NCBI GenBank assembly: GCA_039794845.1
Contig: JAUQVK010000035.1
Span: 1 to 64,000 of the forward strand
Source: Thermostichus sp. DRC_bins_24
GTDB taxonomy: Bacteria; Cyanobacteriota; Cyanobacteriia; Thermostichales; Thermostichaceae
Direction of reading: 5' to 3'
Length of the DNA: 64,000 nucleotides
Below the pieces are notes generated by a model that was not told the origin of the DNA, did no database searches, and worked only from the letters and a program-made list of their open reading frames with translations. Positions 40,101-47,997 of this stretch are shown here, piece by piece. Position 1 is the first letter of the stretch; each line of letters starts with the position of its first letter. The position numbers were made by a program, and so were the translations under genes.

Positions 40101-40302
40101 GGGGGCAGGTAGCCGTCAGTCCTTGGGCACAGCGGTAATGGGCGGCATGTTTGTCTCGACGATCCTCAGCTTGTTTGTGGTGCCGGTGCTCTACATCCTG
40201 ATCAAGGGAATCCAGACTCGCGTGATGGGATCCCCTGTGGATCTGGCTCATTTGCCCCCGCCGGAGGAGTCCAAGGGATCCCTGCCGGAGGAAACCTCTT
40301 GA
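37108..40302 (+). CDS. RND efflux permease, HAE1 (AcrB-like)
   Basis: FFIRRPVFA, YAMRIWLDP, GLVVDD, GLASKNSILIVEFA, RFRAILMT. Confidence 0.96.
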   Translation: MFVDFFIRRPVFATVCSIIIVLVGAVCIPLLPVDYYPQVAPPAVTVTAVYPGANAETVETAVTNVLEQEINGVEGLRYISSVSSSNGTSQITVTFNPERNLDAAAIDVQNRVSQVQGQLPEEVNQNGITVQKSGDSAFVQVVSLRSQAGEYDELFVSNYADLYVRDALRRIRGVSDVLIFGDRRYAMRIWLDPSRLAGYGLIAQDVVNAIRQQNIQVPAGQIGSQPSAPDQQFQINVQAVGRLAEPEEFAQIILRANPDGSLVRIADVGRVELGAQSYDTFFRIGGQEAVGIAITKQPDANALEVARRVKETLETLAQSFPPGLIYEIPFDATLFINESVQEVIRTLLQAIGLVVLVLFIFLQDWRITLIPTITIPVALLGTFIFVRLFGFSINTLTMFGLTLATGLVVDDTIVVVENISRYIRDRGMRPLQGASAGMNEVFGAVLATTLVLLGLFLPIAFFPGTSGRIYQQFAVTIAVSVSLSTFNAITLAPALSALLIRPRSGQMFWLLRWFDQAVEGIRAGYRWMLGLVVKLRLLVVALFIGCLGLTYWLFQIVPTGFVPDEDQGYFITFIQGPPGVSLNYTDEVIQQATGIMQGIPEIRDTAIVGGFSFSGPSPGNGLIFAALKPWEERRRPEQSAQAIVRQLFGPFLGGISRSLVIPILPPAIPDLGVTGGFSFQLQDRGVNDFNLLEQTANTLFFVGNSPPQPGQPPLGLQINPPTFSANSPQIQVRVDRNMAQLLGVPLADVFGTLQTLLGGTYVNNFDLFNRNYRVYVQADQPFRSNPESIHQFYVRGGEGQLLPLSSLVQVQETTGPDIINHFNLFRSTEIQGNPLPGFSSGQAIRSMEALAAQLLPQGFGFEWSGISLEEIESGGQAPIIFALGLVFVFLVLAAQFESYVDPFIILLAVPLAILGALSAQLLRGLENDIFCQVGLVMLIGLASKNSILIVEFANQLVEQGIPILKAAVQAAETRFRAILMTALSTILGIFPLAVAAGAGAGSRQSLGTAVMGGMFVSTILSLFVVPVLYILIKGIQTRVMGSPVDLAHLPPPEESKGSLPEETS

Positions 40303-40440
40303 GGCAGCACTGAGTTCTGGGAAGAGACCGCCGGCCCAGGGGCTTGCTCTGGGCTCACTCTATATAATCGGAGCAACGGCGGTTCGGATCCCGTGACCAA
40401 TCCCTGAACAAAAACCACCTCAACTCAGGAGCTGGGCGAC

Positions 40441-41997
40441 ATGAAGGCACTGTTGCTCTATCCGCTGTTCCCCCAATCCTTTTGGTCTTACAATCGCACG
40501 ATTGAGATGGTGGGGTTAAAGTCGGTGATTCCCCCCCTCGGCCTGATCACCGTTGCCGCTCTGTTGCCTCCAGACTGGGACATTCGCTTTTTTGATCGCA
40601 ATGTAACTTTTGAAACAGAAGCAGACTGGCAATGGTGTGATGTGGTCATTTTGTCTGCCATGTTGGTGCAGAAGCAAGATTTCCATGCCCTTATCCGCAA
40701 GGGAGTTGCCCTTGGCAAGAAAGTGGCGGTTGGGGGCCCCTATCCCACCTCGGTACCGCAGGATGCCCTTGACTCAGGAGCCCACTACCTGGTTTTGGAT
40801 GAGGGAGAGGTTACCATCCCCCTATTTGTACAAGCCTGTCAGGCCGGCCAAGAGTCGGGGATCTTTCGGGCTACCGAAAAGCCGGATGTAACCACAAGTC
40901 CATTGCCGCGATTTGATTTACTGCAGAGGGAGCAGTATTTCATGATGTCGGTGCAATTTTCGCGGGGTTGCCCCTTTAACTGTGAGTTTTGTGACATTAT
41001 CTCCCTTTACGGTCGCAAGCCACGCACCAAAGAGCCAGGTCAAATGTTGGCAGAGTTGCAAGCTCTTTACGACTTGGGCTGGCGCGGATCGGTATTTCTG
41101 GTGGACGACAATTTTATCGGCAATCAGCGCAACGTCAAGCGGTTTTTACGGGAGCTGATCCCATGGATGCAGCGCCACAACTATCCCTTCACATTTATGA
41201 CCGAGGCTTCGGTTAACTTGGCGCAAGACGACGAGCTGCTCAGCTTGATGGTAGAAGCCGGGTTTTATTCCGTCTTCTTGGGCATTGAAACCCCAGATCA
41301 AGATAGTCTACAGGCGACTCAAAAGCATCAAAATACCCGCCATCCCCTTGTGGAAGCCTGTCGCAAGATCAACAATGCCGGGCTGCTAATCTACGCTGGA
41401 TTTATTCTCGGGTTTGACGGCGAACGCCCAGGCGCCGGGGAACGAATTCAAACCTTTGTGGAACAAACCCAGATCCCGCAGCCCATGCTAGGCATTTTGC
41501 AGGCTTTGCCAAATACACAACTTTGGAATCGCCTGAAAGCCGAGCAACGTTTGGTGGAAGGGATCGGCGTTACCGAAGTTGGCGATCAGAATACCTTGAT
41601 GAATTTTATTCCCACTCGTTCCTTGACAGAGATTGCCCAGGAATATGTGGAAAGCTTTTGGAAGTTGTATGAGCCTGCCCGATATCTATCCCGTTGCTTG
41701 CAGCAGTGCCTGAATATCGGCGTGAACAATGTTCGGCGACAAACCATGAAGCTACCCCTTCGCAAAGAGCTTTATCTCCTCCTTCAGCTGATTTGGCGGC
41801 AGGGAGTCTTGCGCTCTGGGATTCGGGCTCAATTTTGGCGACAACTGTGGATTATTTGGCGTCAAAAACCCACCCTGTTGAATATGTATTTGGGGCTCTG
41901 TGCGGCTGGAGAGCACTTTTGGGAATATCGAGAGGTGGTAAGGGCGCGGCTGACCCAGCAGCTGGGTTGGGATCCCCTGCTGGCAACCCACTCCTGA
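40441..41997 (+). CDS. B12-binding domain radical SAM protein (DUF4070 C-terminus)
   Basis: PPLGLITVAA, VGGPYPT, CPFNCEFC radical SAM motif, VDDNFIGN, GFILGFD. Confidence 0.93.
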   Translation: MKALLLYPLFPQSFWSYNRTIEMVGLKSVIPPLGLITVAALLPPDWDIRFFDRNVTFETEADWQWCDVVILSAMLVQKQDFHALIRKGVALGKKVAVGGPYPTSVPQDALDSGAHYLVLDEGEVTIPLFVQACQAGQESGIFRATEKPDVTTSPLPRFDLLQREQYFMMSVQFSRGCPFNCEFCDIISLYGRKPRTKEPGQMLAELQALYDLGWRGSVFLVDDNFIGNQRNVKRFLRELIPWMQRHNYPFTFMTEASVNLAQDDELLSLMVEAGFYSVFLGIETPDQDSLQATQKHQNTRHPLVEACRKINNAGLLIYAGFILGFDGERPGAGERIQTFVEQTQIPQPMLGILQALPNTQLWNRLKAEQRLVEGIGVTEVGDQNTLMNFIPTRSLTEIAQEYVESFWKLYEPARYLSRCLQQCLNIGVNNVRRQTMKLPLRKELYLLLQLIWRQGVLRSGIRAQFWRQLWIIWRQKPTLLNMYLGLCAAGEHFWEYREVVRARLTQQLGWDPLLATHS

Positions 41998-42117
41998 AGT
42001 GGGTGCTGATTGTTGAGCTTCTGCCCATTGCTGCAGTGAGGGGATTCTCATCCATCGATATCCCCTTTGGGCAGTTTTTGGTAGGCTCCTGAGCAGTTCT
42101 ATGCCGCCTTTTCCTCC

Positions 42118-44418
42118 ATGAGACACCGCTGGGATCTGTTGCCCACTCCTCCCCAATTCAATCTGGAGATGAGCCGCGAATATGGTAAGTATGGCGCCAA
42201 GTTGCTGGCCTTGCGCGGGTTACACACCCAGGAGCAGGTACGGGCCTTCTTGGATCCCGACTACTACTCCCCCACCCCGGCGGGATCCCTACCGGATATG
42301 GATCGGGCGGTGGCACGGCTGTTGCGGGCGCGGGAACGGGGAGAGGCCATTTGCATTTGGGGGGATTTCGACTGCGATGGGGTTACCAGCACTGCCCTGT
42401 TGCTGTCGGCGCTGCAACCTTTGGGCTTCCGGGTTGAGTTCACCATTCCCCTGCGCAGCGGAGAAGGGCATGGGCTGAACCCACAACGGCTGCAACAGGT
42501 GTTGGCCCGAGGCTCTCAGGTGATTGTGACGGTGGATTGTGGCGTGGGCAATGCTGCCGAAATTGCCATGGCCCAGGCCGAGGGGGTGGATGTGATCGTG
42601 ACGGATCATCACACGCTGCCGGATCCCTTACCTGCGGCCCATGCGGTGGTGAACCCTCTCCGTTTGCCTGCTGAGCACCCGTTGCGCTTTTTGCCGGGGG
42701 TGGGGGTGGCCTACAAGTTGGCAGAAGCCCTCTATGGGGTGCTCGGGATCCCGAATGTAGAGCAGCATCTGGACTTGGTAGCGGTGGGGATCGTGGCGGA
42801 TGTAGCGGTGCTGCAGCGGGAGTGTCGGTATTTGGTGCAACGGGGCCTGCCGATTTTGGCCAACACCCAACGCTTGGGGCTACGGGCCCTGCTGGAGCAG
42901 GAGATGAGCCAGACGAAGCGGGAGCTGTCTGCCCAGGATATTGGTTTTCGCATTGCCCCGAAGTTAAACGCGATTGGGCGACTGGAGGATGCCCGTCTGG
43001 CGGTGGAGCTGCTGACCACGGCAGATCCAATGCGGGCTCAGGAGCTGGTGCAACGCTTTGTCGCCACCAACGAAGAGCGCAAACACCTCACCCAGCAGGT
43101 GGTGCAGGAGGCCAGCCAGCAGGTGGACAGTCTGGATTTGGCGCAGGAACGGGCGATTGTCTTGGCGGGATCCGGCTGGAGCCAAGGGGTGGTGGGGATT
43201 GCGGCGGGACGGCTGGTGGAGCAGTACGGCTGCCCGACGGTGTTGATCGCCAAGGATGAAGGGGCGGGCCGGGGCTACGGATCGGGCCGTTCCATTCCGG
43301 GGGTGAGCTTGGTGGAGGCGATCGAGGCGGTGCGTCCGTTGTTGTTGGGGGGAGGCGGACACCCGATGGCGGCAGGGATCCAAGTGGAACTGTCTTGTTT
43401 ATCGGCTTTGCAACTGGCTTTGCGGCGGGAGTTGGCAGCTCGAGTGGGCCCGGATCAACACACCCGTGCCCTAACACTGGAGATCGTCATCGATCTGGCC
43501 CTGTTGGAGTCCCAAGGGCGGGATCCGGTGGCCGAACTGGATGAGCTCTATCGGCAACTGCAGCCTCTGCAACCCTTTGGGCATGGCAACCCCATCCCGA
43601 CGGTGGCGCTGATGAATTTTCGCCCCAGCCGTTCCAACCCGAAAGCCTCCAAAAATGGGCAGCACCTTAGCTTTCAACTGACCGGCCCGCAGGGATCCCG
43701 CACCTTGTGGTTCTGGCGCGAGGGGGAACAATTGGCCACCCTGGGAAAGCTCCCCGCTTTGGATATTGCCCTGCACCTAGAAGCCAGCGACTGGGGCCCT
43801 TGGCAGGGAAAAGTGCTGGCGGTACGGCCCTCCGGCGATTGGCACATTCCCGTGGTGTCCTCCAGAAGCCTGCAGGTGGAGGATCGGCGACAAAACCCTC
43901 TTCCCACCCCGGTGAGCGCTGCCAGCCGTTACGACGGACAGATCCCACCCCCAGCAGCAGAACTTCTTTTGACGCGCTGGCCTTGGCTACCGACAGACTT
44001 GGCACACCTGCTGCAGCAGGTGCAACCCCAAAAGCTGATCCTGGCGGCTTCCGGCCATCGCTGGGAGCAGATCCCCACCCAAATCACCCAGCTGATGCAG
44101 CTGTGGCAGGCGGGACAACGGGATCCCTTGCAACTGTCTGAGGCGACGGGCTTGCCGCCGGAATGGTTGGCAGACTTGCCTGGTTCTGAGCCAATCGCCC
44201 CCCTCCTGATGGGTCGCATTCAAGAGTCGCAAGCGTTTCATCGCTGGTTGGATGAGGCCAGCCCCGCCGAGATCCGCCAACTGTGTCAACGGCTGCTGCG
44301 ACCGGATCCCATTCCAGAGGTTGTTTCTATGGGACAAGACCTCCCAGAAGAGTCTTCATTCATCCCTGGGGCAAAACCGGGATCCCCCTCTTACAGCCCT
44401 TTCGCTAGTCATATGTAA
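42118..44418 (+). CDS. recJ: Single-stranded-DNA-specific exonuclease RecJ
   Basis: WGDFDCDG, TVDCG, TDHH, GIVADV, PKLNAIGR, GSGRS, GGHPMAAG, LQPFGHGNP. Confidence 0.95.
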   Translation: MRHRWDLLPTPPQFNLEMSREYGKYGAKLLALRGLHTQEQVRAFLDPDYYSPTPAGSLPDMDRAVARLLRARERGEAICIWGDFDCDGVTSTALLLSALQPLGFRVEFTIPLRSGEGHGLNPQRLQQVLARGSQVIVTVDCGVGNAAEIAMAQAEGVDVIVTDHHTLPDPLPAAHAVVNPLRLPAEHPLRFLPGVGVAYKLAEALYGVLGIPNVEQHLDLVAVGIVADVAVLQRECRYLVQRGLPILANTQRLGLRALLEQEMSQTKRELSAQDIGFRIAPKLNAIGRLEDARLAVELLTTADPMRAQELVQRFVATNEERKHLTQQVVQEASQQVDSLDLAQERAIVLAGSGWSQGVVGIAAGRLVEQYGCPTVLIAKDEGAGRGYGSGRSIPGVSLVEAIEAVRPLLLGGGGHPMAAGIQVELSCLSALQLALRRELAARVGPDQHTRALTLEIVIDLALLESQGRDPVAELDELYRQLQPLQPFGHGNPIPTVALMNFRPSRSNPKASKNGQHLSFQLTGPQGSRTLWFWREGEQLATLGKLPALDIALHLEASDWGPWQGKVLAVRPSGDWHIPVVSSRSLQVEDRRQNPLPTPVSAASRYDGQIPPPAAELLLTRWPWLPTDLAHLLQQVQPQKLILAASGHRWEQIPTQITQLMQLWQAGQRDPLQLSEATGLPPEWLADLPGSEPIAPLLMGRIQESQAFHRWLDEASPAEIRQLCQRLLRPDPIPEVVSMGQDLPEESSFIPGAKPGSPSYSPFASHM

Positions 44419-44530
44419 CAGCTATGGAGGTTGAAACCCACCTCCTGGAGGGGTGGTGCTCCGCACCTCGCGTAGCGAGAGGAGGAAGCATAAACCCTGC
44501 TGTAGAAAACCCGCGCAAGGGCTGTAATCC
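44408..44530 (+). repeat. Dispersed structured repeat, copy B (homologous to 19540-19680)
   Basis: Same conserved blocks as copy A; overlaps the recJ stop codon at 44416-44418. Confidence 0.65.
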
Positions 44531-44734
44531 TGAAATAGCGACAAAAAAGCCCAAAACAGTCTAGAAAAATGTTGTCCATCCCTCGAAATGGGATCCCTTT
44601 TGAGTACCCTAGATACAACATCCTCAGGACTCCGTTCCACTGATGCAATAGGAAATACCCGATTTCCCGAAATGGGAAGCTTGTCCATTGCAAAGATCAA
44701 ATCAACCCTATTTTCTCCGCCCCTTTGTGAACGA

Positions 44735-47700
44735 GTGATCCCGGTTCGCCTTACCCTACAAGATTTTCTCTGTTATCCCCAGGCTGTTTTGGATCTGCGT
44801 GGGATCCATACCGCCTGTATTTGTGGCCCCAACGGTGCGGGAAAATCCGCCCTCCTCGATGCCCTCACCTGGGGCATTTGGGGACAAAGTCGAGCCAGCA
44901 ACGATGGGGATTTAATTCGCAAGGGGGCCAGCGAAACCCAGGTGGAGGTGATCTATCTCTCGCGGGGGCAAACCTACCGCATCCTCCGTAGCCGCCATTT
45001 GTCCGGGCAAGGATCCCTGGAGTGGCAAATTCAAACCGGCGAGGCCGCAGGTCAACCCCGGTGGCGAACCCTGACCCGGCGCGGCATGAGAGCCACCCAA
45101 CAGGCGATCCAAAGCCAGCTCAGCCTTGACTACGACACCTTTATTCACTCCGCCTACCTGCGCCAAGGGCAAGCGGATGCTTTTACCCTGAAGCGACCCG
45201 GCGAACGCAAGCAAATCTTGGCGGAAATGCTCAAGCTGGGGCAGTACGACCTGTTGGCAGAACGCTGCCGGGAACAGGCGCGCGGCGCCAAGCTCAAAGC
45301 CGATCTGCTGCAAGAACAGCTGCACAAGCTCGACCAACAGCAGGCCCATGTCGGCCAAATCCAAGCAGAGCTGGAGCAACTGCAACACCGGCAAACTCAC
45401 CTGCAGCAGCTTCTAACCCAGCACCAACAGGAGCTGCAAACCCTGGAGCACCGCCGTGAAAATCGCCGCACCCTGCAGGATCGCCATCAGCACCTCACCC
45501 AACACCTGCACAAGCTCAGCGCCACCCTGCACCACACCGAACAGCAGTGGCGGGCCCAACGGCAACACCTGCTGCAGCTCGAAGGGTTGATTGCCGAAAG
45601 CGAGGAGATCCTGGCGGGCTACGAACGCTATCAAGTTTTGATGGCCCAAGATCGTCACCTCAACCACCTTTTCGAGCAACAGCAACATCTGCTCGAAGAA
45701 CGACAAAGGCTGCAAGCCCAACAGGCTGAGCACCAGCACCAGCAACTCCAGCAGATACAACAACTGCAACAGGAACTGGTCACCTGCCAAGCCCAGGCTC
45801 AAGCGGATGCACAACTGCTGGCAGAACGAGAGCGCATTGAAACCGCCCTGCACCACTTTCATCAGGCTCAGGAGCGCCTACAGCTCTTGAACCAAGGGCA
45901 AGAACAAGCCACCACCCTGCTGGAGCAGCAACAGCACTGCCAAGAGCAAATCCACCGCGAACGGGAACGCCTGCAGGCCCGCGTCCAACTGCTCAAACAG
46001 CAACTGCAAGCCCAGGAGACGATGGCCCAACAGTTGCAGCAGCTACAACAGAAAATTGCGGAAGGGGAAGCTGCCCTGGCGGAACTGGAGCGACGGCGGC
46101 TCTATCAGCAACGGGTGTTGGAAAAAGGCCAGGAACGACGGCTGTTTGTGCAGCAGCTACAGGAACGGCAGCGGGCGCTCCAGCAGCAGTGGCAACAGGA
46201 GGAAGAACGCTGCCGATTGTTGGAGGATCCCTGGGATGAGGTTCGGGATAAGCCTCCGGAGCCTGCAGAGCAGGAACATGGGGCGCATCTCTTGGCGGGG
46301 GTTGTTGCCGTTGCCGAAGGTGAGGAAGACTGGCCGCCGGGATCCGAGCCAGCAACAGAGACCCTGGCTATGCAGGAATCCCGCCCCGACTCCTCGATCT
46401 GTCCTTTGTGTACCCGCCCCCTCAGCCCACAGCTGCGGGATGTGGTCTTGAAAAAACACCGAGCCCTTCAGGAAGAGATCGCCGGAGAACTGTTTGTGAT
46501 CCGCGAACAACTGGCGGTGGCCGACCGAGAAATTGAGCTACTGCGAGAAGAATATCGCCACCTCAGCCAAGACCTATCCAGCCGGGAGGAGCGCTTGCAC
46601 ATTCAGGGGCGACTGCAACAGCAGTGGGAAGCCGAGCAAGAACGCCGGCGACAAATGGAAGCTTGGCAAGCGGAATTGGCGGAACTGGAGCAAACGCTCG
46701 CCAACGAAGCCTACGCCGAAGGGGCCCGGCAGCAGTTGGAGCAGATCCAACAGGCGTTGCAACAGCTTGGCTACGACGACCGCGAACACGCCCTGCAACG
46801 GGGGGAACTGGAGCGCTGGCGTTGGGCATTGGGCCGCTCCCGCGAACTGCGCAGGGCACAGGAGCGCCATCCCCACCTGAGTGAGCAGATTCGCTCCCTC
46901 CAGGCGCAACTGGACTCTTTGCAACAGACGGGATCCCACTCCTCACACCCAATCACCGAGCGGCTCACCCAACTGGAACAAGCCTTGCAACGCCTGGGTT
47001 ACGACGGATCCCGGCATCAGCAGGTAAAAGCAGAGCTGATCCAAGCACAACTGTGGCCGGCACGTCTGCAAGCCCTACAGGTGGCCCGCCAGGAATTGCC
47101 GGAAGCGGAAGCCCACAGCCAAGCCCTATCCCAACGTCTCCAGGAAAGCCGACAGCAGTTTGCTCAAGCCACCCAAGATTTAGAACAGGTACACCGGCAG
47201 CTCAGCGCCTTGCCCAGCATTTCCGAAGCCTACCGACAAGGGATCCGCCAGTCCATTCAGGAGTGCCGCCAGCAGCTTGACCAAGTGCTCTCCCAACTCG
47301 GAGCCACCCAACAGCGGCTACAACAGGTAACCCAACGGGGATGTGAACGAGCCGAGCTTGAGCAGCAACTGCAGCAGGCCCGCCGCCAGCAACAGGTGTA
47401 CCAAGAACTGGCCACTGCCTATGGTCGCAATGGCATTCCCGCCCTGATCATCGAGAATGTGTTGCCGGAACTGGAAGCCCAAGCCAACCAGATCCTCTCT
47501 CGCCTCACCCAACATCGTCTGCACCTGCAATTTGTCACCCAGCGCTCGGGGCGGCGCTCCACCAAGCTGATCGATACCCTCGACATTCTCATTGCCGATC
47601 CCCACGGCACCCGCCCCTACGAGACCTACTCGGGGGGAGAAGCCTTTCGCATCAACTTCGCCATTCGTCTGGCCTTGTCCCGCCTGCTCACCCAACGCTC

Positions 47701-47914
47701 CGGGTCGGATTTGCAAACGCTGCTGATCGATGAGGGGTTTGGATCCCAGGATGCCAACGGACGGGCCCAACTGTTGGCCGCCATCAACGCCGTGGCCCCT
47801 GAGTTTGCCTGTATTTTGGTGATTACCCACATTCCCAGCTTGCAAGATGCCTTTCCCCATCGCATCGAGGTAGAACCTTCCCCCCAGGGATCCCGTCTGC
47901 AGATCCGAGGTTAA
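44735..47914 (+). CDS. sbcC: SbcC/Rad50 SMC-family ATPase
   Basis: GTG start (MIPVRL), Walker A GPNGAGKS, Q-loop YLRQG, long coiled coil, CPLC zinc hook, signature YSGGE, Walker B LLIDEGFGSQD, ITH. Confidence 0.93.
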   Translation: MIPVRLTLQDFLCYPQAVLDLRGIHTACICGPNGAGKSALLDALTWGIWGQSRASNDGDLIRKGASETQVEVIYLSRGQTYRILRSRHLSGQGSLEWQIQTGEAAGQPRWRTLTRRGMRATQQAIQSQLSLDYDTFIHSAYLRQGQADAFTLKRPGERKQILAEMLKLGQYDLLAERCREQARGAKLKADLLQEQLHKLDQQQAHVGQIQAELEQLQHRQTHLQQLLTQHQQELQTLEHRRENRRTLQDRHQHLTQHLHKLSATLHHTEQQWRAQRQHLLQLEGLIAESEEILAGYERYQVLMAQDRHLNHLFEQQQHLLEERQRLQAQQAEHQHQQLQQIQQLQQELVTCQAQAQADAQLLAERERIETALHHFHQAQERLQLLNQGQEQATTLLEQQQHCQEQIHRERERLQARVQLLKQQLQAQETMAQQLQQLQQKIAEGEAALAELERRRLYQQRVLEKGQERRLFVQQLQERQRALQQQWQQEEERCRLLEDPWDEVRDKPPEPAEQEHGAHLLAGVVAVAEGEEDWPPGSEPATETLAMQESRPDSSICPLCTRPLSPQLRDVVLKKHRALQEEIAGELFVIREQLAVADREIELLREEYRHLSQDLSSREERLHIQGRLQQQWEAEQERRRQMEAWQAELAELEQTLANEAYAEGARQQLEQIQQALQQLGYDDREHALQRGELERWRWALGRSRELRRAQERHPHLSEQIRSLQAQLDSLQQTGSHSSHPITERLTQLEQALQRLGYDGSRHQQVKAELIQAQLWPARLQALQVARQELPEAEAHSQALSQRLQESRQQFAQATQDLEQVHRQLSALPSISEAYRQGIRQSIQECRQQLDQVLSQLGATQQRLQQVTQRGCERAELEQQLQQARRQQQVYQELATAYGRNGIPALIIENVLPELEAQANQILSRLTQHRLHLQFVTQRSGRRSTKLIDTLDILIADPHGTRPYETYSGGEAFRINFAIRLALSRLLTQRSGSDLQTLLIDEGFGSQDANGRAQLLAAINAVAPEFACILVITHIPSLQDAFPHRIEVEPSPQGSRLQIRG

Positions 47915-47997
47915 CTAAAGAGGTTAACTAAAAGGGATCCCTTGCCCATGTCAGAATGGTGGCGACATCATTCTCCATGTTTGTTCACGTTGGGTTC

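Noticed and set aside
44588..44734. N-terminal extension of SbcC
   Set aside because: Family-like sequence begins at GTG 44735 (MIPVRL); the upstream codons look non-coding.
47907..47932. HLR1 (RpaB) site upstream of nblS
   Set aside because: GAGGTTAACTAAA x2 has a 13-bp period and does not fit (G/T)TTACA(T/A)(T/A)-N2; treated as a tandem duplication.
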